Of a stretch of DNA of 64,000 nucleotides, positions 12,232-26,119 are shown piece after piece. The notes under the pieces are model-generated. The model did no database searches and had not been told where the DNA came from. It was given only the letters and a program-made list of their open reading frames with translations. A program made the position numbers and the translations under genes. The DNA is from Epiperipatus broadwayi. Lineage: Eukaryota; Animalia; Onychophora. Within the stretch, counting starts at the first letter, position 1; each line of letters starts with the position of its first letter. The stretch spans positions 3,596,001 through 3,660,000 of the forward strand of contig JAQFVV010000002.1 in assembly GCA_028023455.1 (NCBI GenBank), written 5' to 3'.

Positions 12232-14884
12232 CTTTAATAATAATTTATATATTTTTATTTATTAACAATTATAAATAAGTGTTTTTTGTTACATAATATT
12301 TGAGAAGTAACACTATATTTATTAAAAACATAAAATTAATAATTATTGAAAAAAAAAAATCAACCAATATATGTCACTGTACTCATCAATCGTTAATACA
12401 ATAATTTAATAAAATGATAAATAAGAGGGGACATGTACTTAATAAGATTAACTTAAATAAATATCTGAAAATGTTTTATATATCATTGAAAGTTATACTA
12501 TATTTTTTCTTGCAAAAGGATTTATTTTCATTGAATATTATAATAAAGTATAGAAAGAGTTACCAGAGAGACTAATAACATGGACACATATTCTACTATG
12601 TGATTATAGCATCAAATCTTCTTGTTTATGAAAGTGTGACAACTTTCAATGACAAATTTTTCTGTATGGAGATAAATAGGTATGCTGAAGTTATTAAAGT
12701 GGAAAGAAAAAAAATGACATCTGATATTGTTTTCCAAATTCCATTAAATTTTTGAAAAATCTTACTAAAACTGAAAAAAAAAATCAACAAAGCAAATTCT
12801 CTATGAATTAATGAAAGACCCTCATTTTATTTAAAAAAGTGATACCCTTATGGGGTACATAAGGTATGTAACTATTAAAAGTGATGTTGGAAAATGTGTC
12901 TAATACAACAAAATTAATAGATTGGATCATTTACGTAATACAAACAAAAGAAATTGTTAGCATGTATAATGACTTCTCAAGCATATAGATTTAATTAATA
13001 GACATTTATTAGAAGTAAAAAGCATAGAAGAGTAAATGGTTATTTTTAAAAATAAATTAATTACTACTCTTCAATAGTTTACAGAATTTCCAACATTAAG
13101 ATTGTAATATTAACTCGCTGTAAATTGCAAGATTTCGTGTATGTTAATTTGTAAAGGAAATAGTGAACTTAAACAGTGGAGAAAACAACAACTTCATACT
13201 TACAATGTGGACATTTAGGTTAAAGATAAGATGGCTGCTCTTATCTTTATAAAAGTCACTATCTTGTGTCGTGGTTTGGAAGGTCCCTCTATCGGCAAAA
13301 TGTGCTTGATTATTACGAAATTTTAAAGTGCATTGAAACAGGTTAAAGCCTGTTTAACGTATTTAACACCTATACTAATTTTGGTTATTTAAGAATATAA
13401 ATAACTTATCTTCCTACATTGTTTTTATTTATGTAATTTATGAACTTTTTGATAACTAGAAATTCTAAGTAGCAAATAGAATACTTGTGGATTTATTAAT
13501 TCCCTCGATTCTGCCACTGATTCCGCAAAAATTAATTATTTGGAATCAAGAATAGTGGCTGAGAAATTTTATTTCTGAAGCTGATGAGCACAATAGTGAG
13601 GGATTGTCCTGAATCTGTTGATGATACTCCAATTGTGGTTAAAAAGAACAAATTCAGCTAGCTTTATTATTGGATCTTGAAAAATAAATTTGTTTGGAAT
13701 ATTATAAGAAATTTCTTCTTTTTTTTTTTAATGTCACATTTGCTTGATTTTTGATTGCTGGTTAAAAAAAACGGTTGGTAAGCAAATCAGACTTTCAAAT
13801 ATCTCAAGATATAGTCTCATCACATAAGACTTATTTCAAATAAAGATTCTCCTTTTGATGCTGTTGTGTAAATAATTAAAATAAATGATATAATTTTGTA
13901 ATACCAACCTGTTATATTTTAAGATTGCAACTGAATAAAGATATTTTTTTCCCCACCAAATGGGTTAAATATTTACATAACCAAATTAAATATGATAATA
14001 ATAGGTGTAAGTTAAAAAGTAAAAATAAAGTTCTACTATTAATTTTTTTTTTTTAAAAAAGCTTTACTAGGATTATTAAAAAATATATTAGTAAAATTCA
14101 GTTATTCACTATAACAAATATATAACAATTCACAGATTAAATTAAAAAAAAAGTTTAGAATATACTTTTATTATATATACAAAGTAAATTACAAAAAAAA
14201 AAAAAAATATTGCTAAAAACTTAATCATTATTAAAAGATCAACTTCCATACTTGTAATTTTGTTCATTCATATTAAGCAAAAATAACAATGAATGAACAT
14301 AAATCAATATTCATTTACTCTACAGCATAAAAATAACCGGATATGTTCTAGCGGCGCAGAACAGCGTTTTTTACAATCATGTGAGCAGCAATTGTGCAAC
14401 TTTGTACGCGGAAAATTGCAATGTGTGTGCTAACAATGAAGTCAGTTTAAAGACTGATATTAGAAATAAGATTAGAATATCTGTGTATTAAAACCAAAGT
14501 AAATGGGTAAACACAGATAATTGGATTTGTATATAATGTTTATGCGAATGAACAGTTTATTATGCGGACAATTAGTGGGATTGCTTAAAAAGGTTAAAAT
14601 GGTTTCACTCATTTTATTTTATTATTCTTTACATTATTAGCGAGTGAATAAACTTGTTTTTATTACTTATAGATACATATATAGCTCTAAAATTAAATCT
14701 CACCCCTGTATACTGTATTATTTATTATATAACAATCAAATTATTTTATTTTATTAATTACAAACCTATAATTCCAAGTAATGCACTATCGTTTATGTTG
14801 TTCAGACTTTTTGTGACTACTCGAAGGATGAACCATTCCATTTTTTTTCTACATTTAATTTTAGATAACACAATATTTAAATAC

Positions 14885-15140
14885 ATGTATATTATCTATA
14901 CTAAATTTAATGTAATTAGAAGTGACTTGAACTGAGACTTTCAAGCTCCCTACAACATGACCACACACGTGAAAAAAATAAATTATCTCCTACATATTTT
15001 GTGCTGAACCAACTCTTATCAGTTGGTCCAGATCACCATCTCCCACACATATACACAATTAGTGCTCACTTTATATTAAGATAGAAAATCTTCAAACTTT
15101 AATGGACAAACTTTAATCTCGTCCTCTTCAGCCATCTAAA
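14885..15140 (-). repeat. Family A copy, hammerhead core decayed
   Basis: Minus: CTGGACCAACTGATAAGAGTTGGTTCAGCACAAAATATG; colinear with the other family A copies. Confidence 0.8.
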
Positions 15141-15316
15141 GTCTTTATTGATGCCAATATTATTGTTATACCCATGTTGATCTTAAATCAATCTGAGCCA
15201 TCACACGTAGAACCTTAATATTTCTATTTAAATATACAGAAGAAGGAAGGGCAAAATACATGATGAATATGTAATATTATATGTATATTATCTATACTAT
15301 AAACTTAATGTAATTG

Positions 15317-15590
15317 GTGGCCGAAGAGTTGGAGAGTGGAGAAGACAGGCTTGTCCATTAAAGTTTGCAGATTTGCTATCTTAATATAAACTGAGCGCTG
15401 ATTGTACATATATATAAAGAAGATGGTGATCTAGGCCAATTGATGAGTGCTGGTTCAGCACGTAATACATATATTTAAGATCATTTATCTTTTTCACATA
15501 TATGTGGTAATGTGTATCCGTTGATAAGATAAAGTGGATAGCTGTAGGGAGCTTGAAATTCTGAGTTCAAGTCTCTTCTAATACATAATT
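15317..15590 (+). repeat. Family A copy, hammerhead core decayed; inverted partner of 14885-15140
   Basis: CCAATTGATGAGTGCTGGTTCAGCACGTAATACATAT ... CTGAGTTCAAGTC. It is preceded at 15282-15316 by a duplicate of 14884-14917. Confidence 0.8.
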
Positions 15591-16935
15591 TATTATTTAT
15601 TACGTGTAAAAACTCAAACCTTTTAAATAAAATACCGTATTTAAAAAGAATTCAGTAGCTATTTTTATTTATGCATGTATACTGTAGTGACAAGCAATTT
15701 TAATTTTACAGCTTCATTTCTATTAGCGATATTAGTAGAAAGACTATTATTAATAAATCACGGAACTATTAAATTTAAAATCAATTGTCACTTCTTTCAT
15801 AATACTTACTTACTGGCTGGCAAAACTAATTATAGAAATGGAAACAATGGATTATTGATCTCTATTCTAAAATTAGAATCTAATTTGTACCGGAATTAAA
15901 AACACATTGGCATTTGTTTACCTCTTAAAACGATTTGTAATTTTAAGATAAAACTTATGTGTGTTATGTGTATGCCTCTTTGTATATATATGAATGTGAT
16001 AATTAGTAAATAATTTTAAAAATGGTTTTTAAAATGAAACAAGATATGGAACTAAAAAATACACATATCTATACATAATCGCTATTAGCAATGATACTGT
16101 GTCAATCATTCAAAATTATCCCTAAGACTAGAATCTATATGAGCTACTTAAAATCAGTTTCGCTTTTAGATATTGCTTTCCAATCTTTTTCTTTTCTGTA
16201 ATTTTTATATAAATGATGTATTATGACAAACATTCTTTTTTAAAAATACGAATATCAATTGCAAGAAGTCCAAACAAATTACTGACTGAATGTTATTCTT
16301 TATTAGTAAACTTTTCAGTTATAGTCACCATATATTAAATCATTAAATGCAGCAACTAATAATGAATACCTGTTTTTAAATTGTAACAAGTTCTACTGTC
16401 TTATTATCTGCTGATACATATAAAAAAAAATTACTACTTAAAACTATTACTTAACCTTAAGAATTTAGCCTTTGGCAGTAAAGTTTTTAAAAGGGTTTAC
16501 TACTATTTATATGATTGTGAGTTTATATCCTGATGGGCAATTATTCTTTTTTAAATGCAAAATCTTCAGCCTATATTAGTATTTTGAAAATGAGTAATTT
16601 CTTTTGCAGGCTTATAAATTAAAATGTAATCATATGCTACTGAAAAATTAATCTAACAAATCATAAATTGACTGACATGTTCAGGAATTTTCCTATCATG
16701 GCCAAAAATTTCCTTTACATTTTATCTTCCATAAATTCTTCAATTTAATACTCTCAACAATATTTTTGAAGGGTGAGATAGCAATATTTTTGTCCTGCAC
16801 TTTTAACATCTAATAGGTTTCTCCTTTTTAATGAAATCATTATAATCCTTAATAACATTAACAATTATTAACAAAAAAACTTTTTTATCAATAATTTTAG
16901 ACAAACACAAAATATTTACTTCTCTGTTTTTTTAT

Positions 16936-17090
16936 TTGTAAAATAATTTAGGCGCTATTGCACCTGAATGCAAAGCTACTTTATACTTAAAACAAAATAA
17001 AATTATATTATTCTGCAATTGCTTTCAAGAGATGTGCTCTCATCTTCATAGTTTGTGTTTAGGTGCAATAGTGCCTATATTATTTTACAA
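16936..17090. repeat. MITE-like inverted repeat (~40-bp imperfect arms)
   Basis: TTGTAAAATAATTTAGGCGCTATTGCACCTGAATGCAAAGCTA is approximately the reverse complement of TAGTTTGTGTTTAGGTGCAATAGTGCCTATATTATTTTACAA. Confidence 0.6.
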
Positions 17091-20000
17091 GTATATTTTC
17101 GCAGGCAAAGTTTTTGAGTTAGGTTTGAATTGCAATGTTTCTTAATTATATAGTGAGATTTAAAAAAGACATTTTAAGCTGCACTTTTGTTTCAGAAAGC
17201 TTTATCTTATGCAAAACAAATTAAATTTATATGATTCTGTTTAAAATTGGCATTATGTTTCTTTTGATTTGGTTAATTGATCTTTTCTTAATCATATTCT
17301 TAGAACAATGTAGCAAATTGCAATATTTTTTAAAAAGAAAAGTTTAATTGAACATTATATAAAAATTTAATAAAATTTCAATTCAACCTTCCTCAAAATT
17401 TCCATTTGATCTCTTATTATTTAATCTTTGTATAAAAATCTTTATTAACATAATTGATTATACAATGAGAGAAACTTGCACATTTCATAGTGCATAACAG
17501 CTTATGCTTGCTATTCATTGTTATCCTTATAACTATTATAGTCTGTAAAAAAGTATTTTAAATGAATTTCATAACCTATCAAACTCTCATACCTAATAAG
17601 CAAGAATAGAAATTTGAAAGATAGCTACAGGTTAAGATATTCCTTTAAATGAACTAGTAACTAAATTTCTGTATTTCTAAAAACACATATAATATATCAA
17701 AAATCAAACTAATCAGCTCTTTAATAAATTGGTTATAAGTAGAATCCATAATATTAATTTTCCACTCAATTCTTTAAAGGTTTTAAACTTAGAATGCCTA
17801 AATGATGTCACTAAGTGAAAACCATAAATTTTATTGTCTTATTTAAAAATCTAATAAATATTTAAACAAAAATGATCTTAAATACACAATTTGATTTAAA
17901 AGATTACACTTAACCTCATAAAGTAATCATATACAAAGATAATATTAAAAAGCAAAATATTTTATCCTGTCCTCAATCCAATTTATTATTTACTTCCTAC
18001 CTTATTCTTAATTCCAATGTATTATTTATTTAAGTTGCATTCAGTTTGTGAATCACAGCAATGAGATAAGATTCATATTAGTTAATAAGACTGATGAATT
18101 TCAAAGCTTCAGCAAACAGAAAATCTCTCATCATCTTAATATTGAACTGAAATATTATCTTGGGGCCTTCAAGCTTTTCATAACAAAGACTGACGTTAAA
18201 GTATTTATTTATAACCTACATAGATAATAAAAATTGTAATGGACTAAAATGTCTATATAGATTTTAAATGACTTTTAGTATCTAACAATAATATACTAGT
18301 TAAATTCTTAAGCACAACTATCTTCTAATTTTATTTTAGTTATACATAATTACAATTTATTTAAAAATAAAGCTTTGAATAAATAAATATTTTTTCACAA
18401 AGAAGACAAGTTGTTCTAGAAATAACAGTCATAAAAAGTATTTAGCAATGCATTTTTCAACTTAAGCCACCATTTACCAATAAAGAAACTCAAACGATTT
18501 CTCTCACTATGCATATGGATTTTTAAACTATCTTTACTAGTCAGAGGAGTTAGATATTTCAAACACATGAATCTGCATAGCATGAATCTGCATACCTACA
18601 CTTACAGCATAATATTTTTATTATATCACTCTCTAGGATTGGTTCTATACATTTTAATACTTAGTGGAAGGGTAAACAATCCTTGTGTAGCAGCGATGTT
18701 TTTTATATCTGCATTCCTCATCTTTTAAAGTCATTCACTAGAGCAGAAATACAGATCATCATCTCTCATTATGCATGCATTCATAAACAACTTTCACCAG
18801 CCAAACTAATGGTATCAAACACATATTAGAATATCAACAATCGTTAGCAAGGCAGTATTTACATAACAAAAGAGATTATTTTACTATCTGGATAAATGTT
18901 GGCTTAATAACCAATTGTTGATATTCTATTGGTTTATTTAAGCTTTGATAGCAGTGATGTAAATTTAAATATAATAACCAGATAAATTTTGTCACATATG
19001 AGTTAATGTATAACATTCTTTAACTCTTGTCAACAGAGTATTACTTAATCATAGCATAAGGAAAGAATGGGAGACTATTAATTACATATACATTAGTTAT
19101 ACTAATTTCATGTTTTTATATATATATAATATACCGGTTAACATTTACTCCATTAATATGAGCATGTGCATAAAACAAACATGAGGGAAAATATGGCGAC
19201 ATGCCGGAGTAAGAAGAAATTCAAAACTTTACCGTAACAGTGTTACGGACACAGAAGATACTTATGGAAAGGTTGATTCTTACATATCTTTGGGGGATGA
19301 CTCTAAATCAATCCCTCGCGCCACTCCCAGAAGGAAATTGAACTCTCCTCCTGAAAGGATATGCAAGTTCAAATGATATTAGGGCATGTGTGCCAATAAA
19401 TAATTATTCATAAAAAATAATAAATAAGTATCCTCGTGAAAATAAAGATTTAGGTTCCAGTAAGAAGGTATCCCATTCGCTAGCTCAGCGTACTCTTATT
19501 CTCAGTTAAAAGAATTGGGGCTCAGAAAACTCGCAAAACTAAGTAATATGGGGTTAGAGAAAATGATGAAAAAATATGGAATATATGGCAATAGTCACTT
19601 TTAAATTATAAAATCTTTTATTAAACCAATACCCCCTACCATTTATAACATAAATATAAAATTAAAGTGCCCAAATTGAATAAATATACAAATGCATATT
19701 ATACATTACACAACTAATCATAAAGAAATACTTAATAGAGCAATAATTAGATTAAATGAAAGCAATTTTTTTTTTTAAAATCAGAAAATGTATTAAATAA
19801 TTATGCGTGAGATAATGATCTGTGGATTATAAGTAAACTAAATAAAGGAAAATTTCTTTCTTAATAAGAAAATAAATTAAATAATTATACATGAGAGATA
19901 GTGATCTGTGGATTATAAGTAAACTCACACATATGCATTACGCAAACAAGGAAAATTTAACAAGTTATTTACAGGTGTGTTTATGTACGTATGTACATGA

Positions 20001-23000
20001 AATATATATTTATGAAATGGGTATTAAATTTAAAATAAAATAAACACAAAAAAAATAGTGTATCCGATAAAGTCTATAAGCTTCATTCTTGTATGGGTTT
20101 TGAGTGGGCTATACTATATGTTCATCTACTGCAACAAGGGCTGGATCTGACTGCGGCATAAGTTCATGATTTGATCATCGTTTGGTGTTCGAATCTCGGC
20201 ATTTACATTCTTGTGGGATGGCGGGAGAGGAGCTGGACAGATGCGCTGAAGTTGGCTTCTATTCCATGATCATTTTATCTGCAAGCGAATGCTTGATTGG
20301 CATCTTTAAGTTGGAGAATGGATATTCAACAGGATATTAAATGATATCAATCATCCTTTATTGGTTTAAGGATCCTAGGTTAACTGCAGGCTTCGATGGC
20401 ATGTTGTAGTTATGCTTCCATCAGAATCAACTGACTGGTTAACTGCTAGGTTATTTCACTGATGGCCTGGATTAATGTCTGTTGATTTAGAATGAATATT
20501 AAATTTTTCTTTCTTATTAGAGTAAATCTTACAGCTTACAAGGTATTAGAATCAGCATGATTAAAACAGTTGCATGACTTCGCGTGTTTCAGAATAGCAT
20601 CAGCTTCCCAATAAGATTTGCAAACGTGAATTGCTCTCTTTGACAAGAAAAAGTTAGACTGCTCTCTTAGAAAAGCTAAGGTGAACTCCCTTCTTTGAAA
20701 AGCAAAAGTCAACTCCCTCTCACAATTTCAGAACAGATATCCCACCTCCATACACAAAAATTAATTAAATCTCATTGAATTGGTTTAACTAATTGTTTTC
20801 AGAATTTGATTTCCAATTAGCTTTTTCTTATTTTTTTTTTTATATCTCCATTCAGATCACTATTAAGAAATGATAACAACTTTTTACCCTTGATTAATTA
20901 CATTCGAAGTTTTTTCTGTTTTAACAAACAATTATTTCATATAACTTGAACATTCCTCTCTCCACGCATTATCGCAAGTCTAATTAAACTCTTTTGTCCT
21001 GTCAAAATTATTTTAGCATGGACAGGAAGCCAGAATGCCTTTAGGCTTTTCTTAAATTTAAGACAATGACTTGCTCAAATGCAACTGAAGAGAAAAATGA
21101 CCATTAAAACTTCGATTTTGAAATTATTCTTAAATATTTTTAACCAACAGTAATATTTAAAATTTTCCTTTTTACATTTTGTACACACTCAAAAAATATA
21201 AATAGAGAATAACAATTTGTTAAATAAACGCTGTTTCTTCAACAAACAAAAACATTTAAAATTATAAATACATTTTGGAATTATCTTTTTCTTTTTTAAA
21301 AAAAATAAAAAAACAAAAATCAAATTGCAAATACATATTTCTAAGCCTTTAAACATTGGCTTTAATCATATGCGTGTGTGAGTTTATGCTATAGCCACAG
21401 TTCTCTCTTAATTTATAACAAATTTTAATTATATAAATAGTATACCCACCCCCCATTTAATGGCTTTTTATGTATTTTCGACCATTAATTTATCTGACCT
21501 TATCTTGTGCTTGGCTACATCAAACGTGCCTGGCACAATATATATATATAACCAGTAAAATCAATCTACAGAGGTTGTAAACTTCATTCCATAATCTCAT
21601 AAGTTATTGAATGAATGAAAAAATATCAAACTAATTCCACTTATATATAATCTATTAACTTTCATTATTTACACCATCTATAGAAATTTATAAAACCTTA
21701 TGATCTTATATATGATATTTCTTATAGAATATATTTTTCTTTCAATAAAATATAATGTCATTAATGATCAGGGGACCAATTGAAATCATATCAAACACAG
21801 CAATTGACTTTTATTTAAATAGACTCTAAATTGACAATTTAATGTTAAGGTTTGAGCATAAATTTTAGTAATTTAATTAATGCCTCATTTGTATTGGCTT
21901 AATACAAATATTAACAAGTAAATATGTAGTCTATTATTATTAGAGTATAAATAATTAATTTTAAAAGATTACATATTTATGGTGTATTTAACTAGTTAAT
22001 ATGTATATCTAAAATGTTTATTGGATCACAAAGTTGATTTAAAATGAGACAAATTACATATTCTGCTTTGTCTATTAACATTAAACCAATACAATAAAAG
22101 TGTTAATTAAATTATTGATAAAATTCACTTTCCATCTTTGATATTAAACAGAAGCAACAGAGTTTCTATGTTTTATATGATCTCAACTGGTCTTCTAAAT
22201 AACTTATGACATCAGGTTTGATTAATAGAAACATATATCCTGCAAAAGATTAGTGAATTTTCCATCAGACATTATTATATGGAAGACTGTAAGTTTCTAT
22301 AAATTTCTAGAGGATGTAAATAAATAATATAAACAGTTTACATATTTGTGTGATATTTAATTAATTAATATTTACATGCTGCAGATTTTATTGACTTCCT
22401 AAGTATGATTTTATAATATAAAATGATGTAACATAAAAACATTTAAACAACAAAATCCTTTAAAACATAATATTTACATATAGATATATTTCATAAATAT
22501 ATTTCATAAATAATCTCCATTATTCATACAAGATATCATTTTAAACAGATGATTCTTTCCACAAAATGTAATAGCACAACATTACTGTGCAAATATGATA
22601 ATTATGTCATAATGGGTTTTAGTACATTCAAGTATTAATGGACTGGTGCAAGGCAAATTCTCTAATATCCTCTCCATTCATTCTTCTTGTTGATCTTTAT
22701 GTAGGTGAATATTTATATAAGAAACGTACATGGATGGACTGCTAATCTACATACATGAGTCAGACTGGAGATTTTAATAGATTTTATGCCTAAGTTCAAG
22801 AAACAACATGATCTTTCTTTTCAGTTATCTGATATTTCATAATTGAAACATCAATAAAGTTTTCCTGAGGACACCAATGGATATGTGTATAAATAATTTT
22901 TTTATTAAATATAAAATGACAAAAAAACTAAATTATTTTCAAAAGGCTATAAATCATCAGCATAAGAAGTAAGTGTTGCTAAATTCTGACAGTGCTAAGT

Positions 23001-23199
23001 GTTGTGGATCCAAGTTGCCATTCATTGATTATCTTTTAATTAAATATTTATGACTTCAGATCACTTTTACATTAAGCAATATTACATCAATTGGAAGAAG
23101 ATCTATCTAATATTAATTGGGATGTTATTTAACTTTATGAAAAACCAATTGATTTAAAAAATAAATATAAGTACTTTATTACTAATGCATATATATTGA

Positions 23200-24200
23200 A
23201 ATTATAATTCAGCACCATTTATTAAATAAAAAGTGGAAGGACGCCATCATAAGGATTAATGATATATTGGACAGAATGGCAAGATGAGTTATTCAACTTA
23301 ATGCCCAGAAAAAACTTGCAGTTATTTAAAATTATTCTCCAACAAGCTCTCATTAGGATTAAGAAGTAAAGAATTTTTATACCAGATGGTTGAAATATGC
23401 ATAAAAACATTTTACAATTATCATGGGAGACTTTAATGATAGTATTAGAAAACAAATGAAACACAAAAGTACAGAGAATAAATTTTGCTATGATGACACA
23501 AATAAAAAAGGACACAGACTTGTGAATTTATAGAAAAACTGCATATTATGGTTTCTTTCTTTGAGAAAAATGCTAAACAGAAATAAAAATTGAATTTATC
23601 TAAATGAAGACACAAACAATTGGCTTATATTTAAATTATTAAAAAATATGTATTACAGGATTGTAGTGTTCTTAATAGATTCAACATAGTAAGTGATCAC
23701 TATTGATAGTGGATATTCCTAATCTTTAGAAACATTCCGATTAAGTGAAATTAGTAATTACTAATCATTTTAAAGTATTGAGAGACTGAAGATAATTCAA
23801 ACTTCAGATCAATAAAGATAATTGAGACTCTAAGAAAAACTTCAACAAAGATAGTTGCTGCAAAAAAAGATAGTAATTCATTTGTAAATTTTGTGGATGA
23901 TGTAGGTGTTTTGCAAATAGTGTTTTAGAGCTTTAGAAAATGTTACAAGAATTATCAAAAGAAAATAAAAAAGTAAGGAAAAAGACTAAAATAAACTTAA
24001 TGGATGTTCTCAAAAGAAAAAAGGAAAGAATGAAAATTATAAATCAAAATAAGTTAATAAACTACAAATACTTTGGTCAGATTTTTACTACAGATGGAAA
24101 CATAATGGATAAAATTAATCATAGAATTAAACATGGACTGAGTCCATTTGGTAGAAATAATTTAATATTAAAAGAAAATATATCTTGAAAAGTAAAGTTT
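23200..24200 (+). mobile_element. Heavily decayed, internally deleted RTE-like LINE
   Basis: APE motifs (IIMGDFN at ~23420, SDH at ~23692) are followed shortly by RT FVDDVGVL (~23888) and downstream KYFGQ. Confidence 0.6.
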
Positions 24201-25431
24201 TTAATAGATGTGGGTTACGAGTTCTTATTTATTTATATGACATTCTCATCATAAGAAATGTTTGATTTGAGTTTGTGGTATCTTTTGAATTTTTTTTTTG
24301 GTCAGCATAATTCTGCTGCTTTTTCTAAAAGAAATATTTGAATAACTTGCTCAGTTTTTGGCATTATTTCTAATAAAAAGATAGTAGATCATATGATAGA
24401 AAATGTAATCCTTTCTCTAGAGCAGAAATTTCTGTATTTATTTATTAGATATTCAAAGTAAGATTTTAAACTGACGAAGAGTGATAAGTTAGGTTATGTG
24501 GTGTAATATGAAATTGAATATATGGCCTGAAAATGAGAGAAAAATAATACTATTAAAAACTTTCTGCTATACACTTACCTATATGCTACTATTAACATAT
24601 AAATGTATTTGAAAATTTTAAATAAAGTTTGAGCTTAAAATACTTCAACATATCATTACTACTAAAATACTATCATCACATACTTTCAAACAAAAACTAT
24701 GTTGAAGATAACTTTACAGTTTATTTTTAGGACAATAATGTTGAGTCAAGATTTTTTTTGTACGTAAAATGTCTTATAATAGTGAATAGTTAGATATAAA
24801 TATAGAATTTAATATTTTATAAAAAGTTTTTATTTATCTATATCATTTCATAAATTCCAGTTAAATAAAAAAGAGTTGTTTGAAAATATTGAAATATAAC
24901 AAGTTATATTATTAATTTAAAATGGAAGATTAGTAGTTAAATAAGAATGTTGATGGAAGGAATTAATGATATAACCTGGAGATTTTGTAGAGAAAATGTA
25001 GAGATTTGGATTTTTATATACATTAGAAATAGTTTAGGACAAATAAAATTTAACTTATATTAAAAATGGTAAGTTAAATGTGTTGAATAAAGAAGGTTTA
25101 GTCATTCCCAGTAATTTATTTAAAATATTAGTAAAAGTACTGAAAAAAAATTTGATTAATGCAAACAGAGGCATGATGTCTGCTATAATTTGTAAAATAA
25201 AGAGATTATTTTGTCATGAAATTTATAAAGTATTAGTTCCTTAAAATCAGTGCTACTTTTAAAGCTTTACATATTTACTAAATTATCAACATCACCATAT
25301 TCAATCATTATCGATCCATTGCAAGATAAAGATCTCACCAAGTTCAATCTCTTAACCTCTTTTCTTCACATCAGCCCATATACTTCCTTCTTTTATCCAT
25401 CAATCTAATGTGGATTTTTTTCTAGGTCTTT

Positions 25432-25497
25432 TACAATTTTCTGGAATCCAGTATAAAATTTCAGCTGAAATTTTATACTGGATTCCAGAAAATTGTA
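25432..25497. repeat. Perfect 66-bp spacerless palindrome at the RTE deletion junction
   Basis: TACAATTTTCTGGAATCCAGTATAAAATTTCAG|CTGAAATTTTATACTGGATTCCAGAAAATTGTA. Confidence 0.95.
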
Positions 25498-26119
25498 TAT
25501 GACTTAAATAATCTTCATTTACTTTTATTCCCTTAGCTTCTTATTTTAATCAACAAAATACTTTTTGCAAAAGATGTAAAGTCACCCTATCATACACCTA
25601 TCTCAATGCTGATCTTCCTAATATCATTATGTAATATAATTGTTACTGTTGCATTTTTATGAATATTCTTCAGAATATGACATATACCTTGATGATCCAC
25701 ATGCTTTAATCACTGAAGAAATGCTTATAGAATCCAATGGCTTTTCATTATTTACAAATTCAAAGCATCATGCTAACTTATATTTATGGTTATATTCTAT
25801 AAGTTTTCTCAATACTTGTATATGATCCAAAGTACTAAAACCATTTTAAATCCATCTTGTTCTTTTGGTTGATTAAAATCCAAAATTCACTGCAGATGAG
25901 TTATAATTATCTTGACAAACATTTGCTATAGAACTGATAAATGACTGACAGGTTTGTAACTTTTAATATTTTCATTATCACCTTTTTAAAATATTAATAT
26001 TAATGCATTTCTTCCAATCATCTGGTATATATTTATCATTTAGACATTTGGTATATAATTTTATAAAAAAAATTCTATTTCTTCACCTGCTTCTTTTGAG
26101 ATATCGATTATAATTCCAT

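Larger units (their letters stand above)
11044..12291 (+). mobile_element. Penelope-like element, 5'-truncated, with an inverted copy of its 3' end at the 5' junction
   Basis: RT C-terminal half plus GIY-YIG ORF. A perfect 34-bp inverted repeat (11044-11077 vs 12258-12291) brackets it. Confidence 0.9.

Noticed and set aside
13581-13615. CTGATGAGCACAATAGTG hammerhead-like start
   Set aside because: It is followed by AGGGA rather than C-GAAA, and stem I cannot be closed.
18607-18662. Minus-strand candidate exon LKCIEPILESDIIKILC
   Set aside because: It has a good donor, but I could not link it in phase to the next plausible acceptor (~18167); support is too weak to list.
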